A stretch of 15,823 nucleotides of DNA from positions 1 to 15,823 of the forward strand of contig JALUEE010000041.1 in NCBI GenBank assembly GCA_027053075.1, written 5' to 3'. Shown in pieces: positions 1 through 8,065 of the stretch. Position 1 is the first letter of the stretch. Each line of letters begins with the position of its first letter. The notes under the pieces were generated by a model. It was not told where the DNA came from, did not search any database, and saw only the letters and a list, made by a program, of their open reading frames with translations. A program made the position numbers and the translations under genes. This stretch comes from a candidate division WOR-3 bacterium (GTDB lineage Bacteria > Hydrothermota > Hydrothermia > B15-G9 > WFZT01).

Positions 1-123
1 TTTATACGGTATAAACGAATATATCCTTCCGGTAAAAATTGTTGATTTAGTGCGAAAAATTGAATTTCCCGCCCAGATTGCGTTGTATAAATATACATGA
101 AAAGCAAAAACATGGGTGATGTC

Positions 124-210
124 AGGGTTAGGAGAGGGGTCACATCTTGGATTTTTTAAGATTTTATGTGGAAAGCCTCTTTTCCCACTGTGCGAGGCAC
201 TATGGGGGAT
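124..210 (+). repeat. BoxC-like intergenic element, copy C (degenerate; left hairpin missing)
   Basis: AGGGTTAGGAGAGGGG tail (124-139), then ACATCTTGGATTTTTTAA (142-159, identical to 7996-8013), GTGGAAAGC, then imperfect hairpin CCCACTGTGC-GAG-GCACTATGGG. Confidence 0.75.
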
Positions 211-327
211 AGTATTTGCACATACTAACTTTTCGGAAGAAATGCTTACTGAAGGTCTTTTTCGTTTCGGGTTTAAAGAGTTAAAGTGAGATGGGCTTCA
301 TGGGTCCTACATTTTTGAAAACCTCAC

Positions 328-367
328 AAAATAAAAATGGGGCCGCGCACTTCGTGCGCGGCCCCAT
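328..367 (-). terminator. Rho-independent terminator of the PFOR gene
   Basis: Perfect 14-bp stem 337-350/354-367 with GAA loop on the minus strand, followed by TTTTTATTTT-like tract; 21 nt after the stop codon. Confidence 0.85.
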
Positions 368-388
368 CACATTCTTCCTCAAATTTCT

Positions 389-3300
389 TTACTTCTTAAC
401 CTTCTCCAGCCACTCGTCAAGCTGAATCTGGAAGTACTCAGGCGGCATAGATGCCCAGTGCTTGTACCAGTTCCATCTCACAAGAATCTCCCTCTGAGCC
501 TCTCTCAATAACCTCTTTGCCTCCTCTGGCTTGTTGTAGAAGAGAACTCTGAATCTGCCCTCGTTCATGATGTACTTTTCAAGAGGTATTGAGGGGTCTT
601 TGGAATCGAGCTGGAGAGGATTCTTACCCTGCTTTACGAGCTCTGGATTGTACCTCATGAGTGGCCAGTAACCCGACTTAACCGCCAGTTTCTGCTGCTC
701 TGCACCGTAGGCGAGGTCATAACCGTGCTCGATACAGTGTGAGTAAGCAACAATCAAAGAAGGTCCATCATAGGCTTCTGCCTCAAGCATTGCCCTCAGT
801 GTGTGGACATCGTTTGCACCAATAGCAACTCTTGCCACATAGACATAACCATAGCTCATTGCCATCATGGCAAGGTCTTTCTTCGGCAGCTGCTTACCAC
901 CAGCAGCAAATTTCACAACCGAACCCATTGGCGTTGCCTTTGACTGCTGGCCACCCGTGTTTGAATAGACTTCTGTATCAAGTACAAGCACATTGACGTT
1001 CTTGCCAAGTGCAAGCACGTGGTCGAGACCACCGTATCCAATATCGTAGGCCCAACCGTCACCGCCAACGATCCAGACACTCTTTTTAACGAGTACGTCG
1101 GCAAGACCAAGTAGGTCTTTGACCTCGGGTCTTTCTGGCAGTCTCTTTAAAATTTCCTTTAATTTTGCCACTCTCTTCCGCTGCTCCTCAATTTCCGCTT
1201 CGTTGGTCTGCTTTGCATTCTTAAGCTCATCAACAAGCTGATCGCCAATCTCATGTCTCAGTTTGTCAAGAAGCTCATGAGCATATTCAATCTGCTTGTC
1301 GAGGGCAAGACGGAATCCAACACCAAATTCTGCATTGTCTTCGAAGAGTGAATTTGACCACGCAGGTCCACGACCCTCTTTATTGTAAGTCCATGGCGTT
1401 GTTGGCAGGTTACCACCATAGATAGATGAGCAACCTGTGGCATTTGCAATGATCGCCCTATCTCCAAAGAGTGAGCTCATAAGTCTTAAGTAAGGCGTTT
1501 CACCGCAGCCCGGGCATGCGCCGGAGAACTCAAAGAGTGGTTCGAGGAATTGAACATCGAGAACGGTGTTGAGCCTGATCTTCTTTCTGTCAACTTCCGG
1601 TATATTCAGGAAGAAGTTCCAATTTTCTGACTCCTGTTCCCTGATAGGTGGCTGTGGAACCATGTTGAGAGCCTTTCTCTCAGGATTCTTCTTGTCATGG
1701 GCAGGACATACCTCAACACAGAGACGGCATCCTGTACAATCCTCTGGTGACACCTGGATTGTGTATTTCAGGCCTTTAAACTGTTTGTTGTACTTAACAT
1801 CGGCAGACTTAAATGTTGGAGGTGCATCTTTCAGTACCTCTGGATCATAAACTTTTGCCCTGATAACCGCGTGCGGACAGATCATTACACATTTTCCACA
1901 CTGGGTACAGATGTCAGGATCCCATTCAGGAATCTCGAGTGCAATGTTTCTCTTTTCCCATTTTGTAGTTCCGCTCGGCCATGTCCCATCATCAGGGAAT
2001 GCAGAAACCGGCAGTTCGTCGCCTTTGTATTCCAGCATCTTTGCTGTAACTTTCTTCACAAACTCTGGTGCCTCAGGTGGAACCGGTGGCCTCATGTGTA
2101 GCTTACTGGTAACCTGATTGGGATATTTGACTTCATGGACACCTTCAACAGCCTTGTCTACAGCGGCATAGTTTTTCTCGACGATTTCCTTTCCTCTTTT
2201 ACCCCAGGTTTTATTAATAAATTCTTTAATCTTCTTGATTGCCTCGTCCTTGGGGAGAATTCCCGAAAGGATGAAGAATCCGGTCTGCATGACCGTGTTG
2301 ATCCTTGAGCCAAGTCCAACTTCTTTTGCAATCTTGTATGCATCAATCACATAAAGCTTGAGTTTTTTATCAATGATCTGCTTCTGAACCTCTGCCGGAA
2401 GTTTATCCCAGACCTCATCGGGGCCATATGGGCTATTAATGAGGACAGTTGCACCTTCTTCCGCCCTGTCAAGCATATGGATTCTTTCGAGGAATGGGAA
2501 CTGGTGGATTCCCACGTAACTCGCCTTATTAATGAGATAGGGTGACTTAATCGGGTCAGGTCCAAATCTCAGGTGGGAAACTGTGAGAGAGCCAGCTTTT
2601 CTTGAGTCATAAACAAAGTACCCTTGAGCATAGTTATCAGTTTCGAGTCCAATAATCTTGATTGTGTTTTTACTTGCACTAACTGTTCCGTCAGAGCCAA
2701 GACCAAAGAAGACAGCCCTTGTTCTTGTCGGGGGCTCGATTATGAAATTGGGGTCGTATTCGATGCTTGTGTTGGTAACGTCATCGTAAATTCCAACGGT
2801 AAAGTGGTTCTTGGGATTGTCTTTCTTCATCTCGTCGAAAATTCCCTTGACCATTGCAGGGGTGAACTCTTTGGAGGAGAGACCGTATCTGCCGCCGATT
2901 ACTCTGGGTTTCTCTTTGAAGTGGGCAAATCCTTCCTGGTAAGCAAGCTGTATGGCGTTGACCACATCTTCATAAAGAGGCTCACCAATGGAACCTGGTT
3001 CCTTTGTCCGGTCTAATGCGGCAATTGTGTGAACTGTAGGTGGAAGCGCCTTTATGAAATCTTTTACTGAGAATGGGCGGTAAAGTCTGACCTTGATGAC
3101 TCCAACCTTTTCGCCTTTGTTAGCAAGATATTCAACAGTCTCATGAACAGTTTCGGCACCTGAAGCCATTATAACAATCACTCTTTCGGCATCTTCTGGC
3201 CCTTCATACTGGAAGAGGTAGTACTGACGCCCCACGATCTCAGCAAATTTGTTCATTACTTTCTGAACGATTTCTGGTGTCTTTAGATAGTAAGGATTGA

Positions 3301-3994
3301 CAGCCTCGCGGGCCTGGAAATAAGTATCAGGATTGTGGGAAGTTCCTCTAATGAATGGATTATCAGGATTTAATGCCCTTGCCCTGTGGGCGCGGACAAG
3401 GTCATCATCAATCATTGCCCTCATGTCATCGAGGGACAATTTCTCAATCTTGGAAATCTCGTGAGAAGTTCTAAAGCCATCAAAGAAGTGTAAGAATGGG
3501 ACTCTTGATTCCAGAGTTGCTGCCTGGGCGATGAGTGCAAAGTCCATTGCCTCCTGAACAGAGCCTGAAGGCATGATAGCGAATCCTGTCTGTCTTGTTG
3601 CCATAACGTCGGAGTGCTCTCCAAAGATACTCAAGGCGTGCGTTGCAACTACCCTTGCGGCGATATGGAATACTGTGGAATTTAGCTCGCCGGCTATTTT
3701 AAACATATTTGGAATCATTAATAGGAGTCCCTGTGAAGCGGTAAAAGTGGTGGTGAGGGCACCTCTCTGAAGAGAGCCGTGTACTGCACCGGAAGCGCCA
3801 CCTTCACTCTGCATCTCAGTCACACGAGGTACCGTACCCCAGATATTGGGCCTGCCTTCAGCAGACCACGCATCTGCGTGCTCACCCATTGGAGATGATG
3901 GGGTGATGGGGTAAATCGTAATAATTTCATTGATGTGATAGGCTACATACGCTGTAGCTTCGTTGCCATCCATTGCAACAATTTCACGTTTCAT
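389..3994 (-). CDS. nifJ: Pyruvate:ferredoxin (flavodoxin) oxidoreductase, single-chain NifJ/PFOR type
   Basis: 1201 aa; YPITP, two CxxCxxCxxxCP motifs, FSGACPGCGET, NATGCSSIYGG, TPP-binding GGDGWAYDIG; SD GGAGG at 4008-4004. Confidence 0.97.
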   Translation of the reverse strand: MKREIVAMDGNEATAYVAYHINEIITIYPITPSSPMGEHADAWSAEGRPNIWGTVPRVTEMQSEGGASGAVHGSLQRGALTTTFTASQGLLLMIPNMFKIAGELNSTVFHIAARVVATHALSIFGEHSDVMATRQTGFAIMPSGSVQEAMDFALIAQAATLESRVPFLHFFDGFRTSHEISKIEKLSLDDMRAMIDDDLVRAHRARALNPDNPFIRGTSHNPDTYFQAREAVNPYYLKTPEIVQKVMNKFAEIVGRQYYLFQYEGPEDAERVIVIMASGAETVHETVEYLANKGEKVGVIKVRLYRPFSVKDFIKALPPTVHTIAALDRTKEPGSIGEPLYEDVVNAIQLAYQEGFAHFKEKPRVIGGRYGLSSKEFTPAMVKGIFDEMKKDNPKNHFTVGIYDDVTNTSIEYDPNFIIEPPTRTRAVFFGLGSDGTVSASKNTIKIIGLETDNYAQGYFVYDSRKAGSLTVSHLRFGPDPIKSPYLINKASYVGIHQFPFLERIHMLDRAEEGATVLINSPYGPDEVWDKLPAEVQKQIIDKKLKLYVIDAYKIAKEVGLGSRINTVMQTGFFILSGILPKDEAIKKIKEFINKTWGKRGKEIVEKNYAAVDKAVEGVHEVKYPNQVTSKLHMRPPVPPEAPEFVKKVTAKMLEYKGDELPVSAFPDDGTWPSGTTKWEKRNIALEIPEWDPDICTQCGKCVMICPHAVIRAKVYDPEVLKDAPPTFKSADVKYNKQFKGLKYTIQVSPEDCTGCRLCVEVCPAHDKKNPERKALNMVPQPPIREQESENWNFFLNIPEVDRKKIRLNTVLDVQFLEPLFEFSGACPGCGETPYLRLMSSLFGDRAIIANATGCSSIYGGNLPTTPWTYNKEGRGPAWSNSLFEDNAEFGVGFRLALDKQIEYAHELLDKLRHEIGDQLVDELKNAKQTNEAEIEEQRKRVAKLKEILKRLPERPEVKDLLGLADVLVKKSVWIVGGDGWAYDIGYGGLDHVLALGKNVNVLVLDTEVYSNTGGQQSKATPMGSVVKFAAGGKQLPKKDLAMMAMSYGYVYVARVAIGANDVHTLRAMLEAEAYDGPSLIVAYSHCIEHGYDLAYGAEQQKLAVKSGYWPLMRYNPELVKQGKNPLQLDSKDPSIPLEKYIMNEGRFRVLFYNKPEEAKRLLREAQREILVRWNWYKHWASMPPEYFQIQLDEWLEKVKK

Positions 3995-4027
3995 TGTCTC
4001 TAACCTCCGGTAGTAACAGTTTTTCTA

Positions 4028-4073
4028 ATTTTAAACCACGAAAGGTGAAATTTCACGGACTAAATTGTATGAT
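4028..4073. promoter_or_regulatory. Putative symmetric divergent sigma70 promoters centred on palindrome GTGAAATTTCAC
   Basis: Plus: GTGAAA 4045-4050, 17 bp, TATGAT 4068-4073. Minus: GTGAAA 4056-4051, 17 bp, TAAAAT 4033-4028. Confidence 0.5.
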
Positions 4074-4088
4074 TTCACAATTGAATAT

Positions 4089-5285
4089 ATGTGGAATTTG
4101 CTATTGATTCTCATAATCTCGCAAACCTATTCAATCAATGGGAATAGAGTTGTCTCCGATTCGCTCATAATTCAAAGAATTGCCCATGATTCCACTGACC
4201 GGGAAATAGCGGAAGACATACTTAATCTTTACCTTGACTACGGGTTCCCTTTTGCCAGGGTGAGGATCATGAGATCAGGAGATTCTGTACATATTGCGAT
4301 AAAGGAAGGCCCACTCGCTCGGCTTGAGGGAATTGAAATTGAACCACAAAAGTACCGAGGAGCAAAGCAGATTTTACCGGCACTAAAGGGGAAAATTTTC
4401 CGAACAGATGTGCTTAAAACAATAAGCTCAAGGATCAACTCTGTTGGATTTCTAAAATTTCGGGGGATTGAATTTAGAAAGGGGGAGAACGGCATAATTC
4501 TTGTTGCTCGGGTCAAAAAAGTTGATAGTCCTGGGAAATTTTTAATGAGCCTATCCGTTGCAAATAGGAAATTAGTGGGTTTTTCGGATTTTACCTTAAA
4601 AAACTTATTTGGCAGACCTGGACTCTTCTCGCTGCAATACTCACAAATTGAGGAGGGGGCAAGGGATATCTTGCTGAAGTTTGACCTTCCTTACATCAAA
4701 GGCTCTGCTCTGGGGCTTTATGCGGGTTACCACAATATTTTATCACATGCAGGTTTTTCCATAATTTACAGAGCCGGGTATGATTTCAGGTCAGAGCACG
4801 TTAGATTTTCAAATGGAATTATGGCAAATGAGACTCCTGATGGACGGGACTACTTTGCAGAATTTGCAGGGGAAGGGGATTTCTATGCCGGCAGGCTAAA
4901 TTTACTCGGTCGGTTGATTTACAGAAGTGGGAGATATAGAGGGACCATGAGGCTTGAGGCTCATCCTGGAATAATTGGCCTGTACCTTTATGGATTTCGT
5001 ACCCGTGGGGCTGAATTCGACGCAGAAAATCTTGGAGGACCCGCCTTTTTGCATGGCTACCCATACGGCTTTCTAAAGGCCACAAACGGTGAGGTTATCA
5101 AGGTAGATGTCAGACTCTACAGGTGGTTCGGTGTTTTCGCGAGTCTCGGATATATTGAGGGTGAGGGGTATTCAAGCTATGGAATCTCACTTCTTGCCCC
5201 TCGAGGCCAGATTTATTACGGATTGCGTCCAGGTGTGGATTTCTACAATGGGATACTCACGGTCTCTTTGAAAATCGCGTTGTGA
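4089..5285 (+). CDS. Small Omp85/TamA/BamA-superfamily outer-membrane protein (POTRA-like region plus beta-barrel)
   Basis: ATG 4089 gives a short hydrophobic leader MWNLLLILII; POTRA-like INGNRVVSD...YLDYGFPFARV...IKEGP; barrel-entry NLFGR; Gly/aromatic alternating strands; LGG...LHGYP resembling the GG..(V/I)RG(F/Y) loop-6 motif. Alternative TTG start at 4065. Confidence 0.65.
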   Translation: MWNLLLILIISQTYSINGNRVVSDSLIIQRIAHDSTDREIAEDILNLYLDYGFPFARVRIMRSGDSVHIAIKEGPLARLEGIEIEPQKYRGAKQILPALKGKIFRTDVLKTISSRINSVGFLKFRGIEFRKGENGIILVARVKKVDSPGKFLMSLSVANRKLVGFSDFTLKNLFGRPGLFSLQYSQIEEGARDILLKFDLPYIKGSALGLYAGYHNILSHAGFSIIYRAGYDFRSEHVRFSNGIMANETPDGRDYFAEFAGEGDFYAGRLNLLGRLIYRSGRYRGTMRLEAHPGIIGLYLYGFRTRGAEFDAENLGGPAFLHGYPYGFLKATNGEVIKVDVRLYRWFGVFASLGYIEGEGYSSYGISLLAPRGQIYYGLRPGVDFYNGILTVSLKIAL

Positions 5286-5295
5286 GTTATATAAT
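5268..5295 (+). promoter_or_regulatory. Sigma70-like promoter, probably leaderless, for the SucC-like operon
   Basis: TTGAAA 5268-5273, 16 bp, perfect TATAAT 5290-5295, ATG at 5302, no SD. Confidence 0.6.
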
Positions 5296-5301
5296 TCCCT
5301 C

Positions 5302-6474
5302 ATGAGATTTCTGGAATTCCAGGCCAAACGCCTTCTCGAATTTCACGGCATAAAGACTCCCAGATCGGTTTTGTATGGAGAAAAGATGCCCGATTTCTCT
5401 CCCCCCTATGTCCTAAAAGCCCAGATTCCATCAGGTGGCAGAGGAAAGGCGGGGGGAGTGCTTTTTGCAGAGAATGATAAAGAGTTAAAAGACAGGGCCG
5501 ACTCTCTTCTCAAGGGCTCCATCAAAGGATTCCCCGTTAAGCATGTCCTCGTTGAAGAGAAGCTCAGGATAGAGCGTGAATTTTTTGTGTCTTTTATGAT
5601 AGATGCATCGGTTAAGCGTGAAATCCTGATATTTTCATCCGAAGGTGGAGTGGATATCGAGGAGCTTGCGAAAAAGGAGCCTCGAAAAATCAGACGCCTT
5701 GAAATTCGTCCTTTCTACGGCTTTCAGGATTATGAGGTGCGAGAGATTCTGGATGTCACCGGCAAAAATCTTCTCAAGCTTAGCTCACTTATTTTAAAGC
5801 TGTATCGAATATTCCATGAGCTTGATGCCACAATTCTTGAGGTAAATCCACTTGTCCTGACAGAGGACGGGTATTTTGTAGTCGCGGATGTACATCTTGA
5901 GATTGAAGATGAGGCTCTAAAGAGACACCCAGAGCTTGGAGACATGGTCAGCCACTATGAGGAGTTTATTGGCACACGCGAGATGACAGAGATGGAAAAA
6001 CGTGCACGGGAAATTGACAATCTTGACCACAGGGGAGTTGCAGGTAGATTTATTGAGTTTGACGGGAATCTTGGGCTTTTGATAGGTGGAGGTGGAGCGA
6101 GTCTGACTGTTTTTGATGCCATAAGGAAGTATGGTGGAAAACCTGCCAATTACTGTGAAATAGGCGGGAATCCGAGCGTGAAGAAGGTTGCGGAATTGAC
6201 GAAGCTGTTGCTTTCAAAGCCCGGAGTGGAAAAGATTGCAGTGATCATGAATGTGGTGTCCAACACGAGAGTTGACCTTGTAGCGAGAGGTGTGATTAAA
6301 GGGATTCTCGAGAGCGGAAGGGACCCGAAGGATGTTATTACAGTTTTTAGAATACCCGGTGCATGGGAGGACGAAGGATTCAAAATTCTCAAAAAATACG
6401 GGGTAAAGTATCTAACCAGGGAATATTCCCTGGATGATGCAGCAAGAATGGCGGTTCAGGGATGGCAATCTTAA
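5302..6474 (+). CDS. ATP-grasp acyl-CoA synthetase beta subunit (SucC-like; citryl-CoA synthetase large subunit-like)
   Basis: KAQ..GGRGKAGGV, EGGVDIEE, EVNPL; C-terminal domain has GGGGASL, ANYCEIGGNP and SNTRVD in place of the SucC NGAGLAM, NFLDVGG and FGGI motifs. Confidence 0.85.
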   Translation: MRFLEFQAKRLLEFHGIKTPRSVLYGEKMPDFSPPYVLKAQIPSGGRGKAGGVLFAENDKELKDRADSLLKGSIKGFPVKHVLVEEKLRIEREFFVSFMIDASVKREILIFSSEGGVDIEELAKKEPRKIRRLEIRPFYGFQDYEVREILDVTGKNLLKLSSLILKLYRIFHELDATILEVNPLVLTEDGYFVVADVHLEIEDEALKRHPELGDMVSHYEEFIGTREMTEMEKRAREIDNLDHRGVAGRFIEFDGNLGLLIGGGGASLTVFDAIRKYGGKPANYCEIGGNPSVKKVAELTKLLLSKPGVEKIAVIMNVVSNTRVDLVARGVIKGILESGRDPKDVITVFRIPGAWEDEGFKILKKYGVKYLTREYSLDDAARMAVQGWQS

Positions 6475-7355
6475 TTGACGAAAATACTCGTGTACTTGTT
6501 CAGGGTATAACAGGCAGAGAAGCTGCCACATTTGTTAAGGACATGCTCGACTACGGAACACCAGTCCTGGCAGGTGTTACGCCGGGCAAAGGCGGGCTAT
6601 CGGTTCACGGTGTCCCTGTTTTTGACACGGTCAAAGGGGCGGTATCAAAAACCGGTGTGAATACAAGTGTTGTGTCAGTTCCACCATTTTTTGCCAGATC
6701 TGCTGTCATGGAGGCTGTGGACAATGGGATAAAATTGGTTGTGGTGGTAACAGAGCGAATCCCCCAGCACGATGTTGTTGAGTTTCTCGAATTTACCCGT
6801 ATCCATGGAACAACTGTTGTGGGGCCCAATTCCCTTGGAATTATTAATCCTGGAGTGGCAAAGGTGGGGATGATCGGCGGTCGAAGCGAAGATACTCACA
6901 AATCCTTTAGAAAAGGCGTGGTGGGTGTGGTTTCCCGCTCCGGTGGCATGACAACAGAAATCTCCAACCTTTTATCCCACAGCGGGTTGGGAGTTTCGAC
7001 CGCAGTTTCCATTGGTGGAGATCCGCTAATTGGTTTTACCATTAAGGATGCTGTGATGAAATTTGAAGAGGATGAAGAGACCCGTGCTATCGTTGTTTTC
7101 TCTGAGCCCGGTGGGACTCAGGAGGAAGAGCTTGCGGATTATGTGAAAGAGCACGGTTTGAAGAAACCCATTGTGGTTTTCATTGCAGGCAGGTTTGCCG
7201 ATGAATTTCAGGGAGTGAGATTTGGCCATGCCGCTTCAATAGTTCATGGTGAGAAAGGTAGTCCGAGGCACAAGATTAAGGTTTTAAGAGAGGCTGGAAT
7301 CCCTGTTGCGGACTCGCTTAATGAGATAGTCGAAATTTTGAGGGAGAAGATTTGA
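6462..7355 (+). CDS. Acyl-CoA synthetase alpha subunit (SucD-like, CoA-binding, phospho-His)
   Basis: [32 protein letters not shown], catalytic FGHA; overlaps the beta gene by 13 nt. Confidence 0.9.
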   Translation: MAILIDENTRVLVQGITGREAATFVKDMLDYGTPVLAGVTPGKGGLSVHGVPVFDTVKGAVSKTGVNTSVVSVPPFFARSAVMEAVDNGIKLVVVVTERIPQHDVVEFLEFTRIHGTTVVGPNSLGIINPGVAKVGMIGGRSEDTHKSFRKGVVGVVSRSGGMTTEISNLLSHSGLGVSTAVSIGGDPLIGFTIKDAVMKFEEDEETRAIVVFSEPGGTQEEELADYVKEHGLKKPIVVFIAGRFADEFQGVRFGHAASIVHGEKGSPRHKIKVLREAGIPVADSLNEIVEILREKI

Positions 7356-7356
7356 G

Positions 7357-7563
7357 ATGGGCATTTTTATCGATGTTTTAGTAGATGAGAATCTATGTGA
7401 ATTTTCTAAAGGATGTGATAAGTGTATCACAATCTGCCCGGTAGACATTTTTTACAACCAATCGGGTAGGTTGGGGATAAAAGATGAGGATGAATGTACC
7501 CTCTGTGACCAGTGCCTGGAAGTTTGCCCTACAAATGCAATTAAAATCGTGAAAAAGTATTAG
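7357..7563 (+). CDS. 2[4Fe-4S] ferredoxin
   Basis: 68 aa; CX5CX2CX3CP and CX2CX2CX3CP; starts 1 nt after the upstream stop; GGGAGA just upstream. Confidence 0.9.
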   Translation: MGIFIDVLVDENLCEFSKGCDKCITICPVDIFYNQSGRLGIKDEDECTLCDQCLEVCPTNAIKIVKKY

Positions 7564-7624
7564 CTCCTCTGAAAGCCCTCCCCAATTGAATTAAGTTCTG
7601 AGTTCCTGTGAAAATCCATAAATT

Positions 7625-7742
7625 CCCCTCTACCACGAAGTGGGAGAGGGGTGGGGTGAGGGATACATCTTTTAAATTTTTCTAATTTTCAAGCGGAAAG
7701 CCCCCACCCTACACCCTACCCCGCGCGAAGCGCGGGGTAGGG
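7625..7742. repeat. BoxC-like inverted doublet, copy A
   Basis: Hairpin CCCCTCTACCAC-GAA-GTGGGAGAGGGG (7625-7651) plus tail TGGGGTGAGGG, AT-rich spacer ending GCGGAAAG, then tail CCCCCACCCTACA plus perfect 13-bp hairpin CCCTACCCCGCGC-GAA-GCGCGGGGTAGGG (7714-7742). Confidence 0.85.
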
Positions 7743-7949
7743 AAGTTTCTCAGGCTATTGGAGAACCAACGGTCAAAGCCCGTAGATAGATGGAGAAATA
7801 TTGTATGTCATTGCTGAGGTAAAGAACTTGTGAAGAAAGGAAATTCACAGGATTAGTCCTACCAGTATACTTTTTAAAAGTAAGTGTACATGGGATTTCT
7901 ACAAAGCTCTGCAGTACCGATTTCTGATCTCGCTTACCAAAAATATCTT

Positions 7950-8065
7950 CCTATCCCCGCATAAATTTTTGCGGGGAGAGGTCAGGTGAGGGGTAACATC
8001 TTGGATTTTTTAATATTCCTGGCGGAAAGCACTCTCCCATAAAGTTCATTTGTGGGGGAGGGAAA
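7950..8065. repeat. BoxC-like inverted doublet, copy B
   Basis: Hairpin CCTATCCCCGCA/TGCGGGGAGAGG (7950-7981) plus TCAGGTGAGGGG, spacer ACATCTTGGATTTTTTAA...GCGGAAAG, second hairpin CTCTCCCATAAA/TTTGTGGGGGAG. Confidence 0.8.

Noticed and set aside
1..15. Short palindrome TTTATAC-G-GTATAAA
   Set aside because: At the window edge, AT-rich and only 7 bp; context unavailable
97..159. 20-codon ORF MKSKNMGDVRVRRGVTSWIF
   Set aside because: Runs through repeat copy C, has no SD, and there is no evidence of coding
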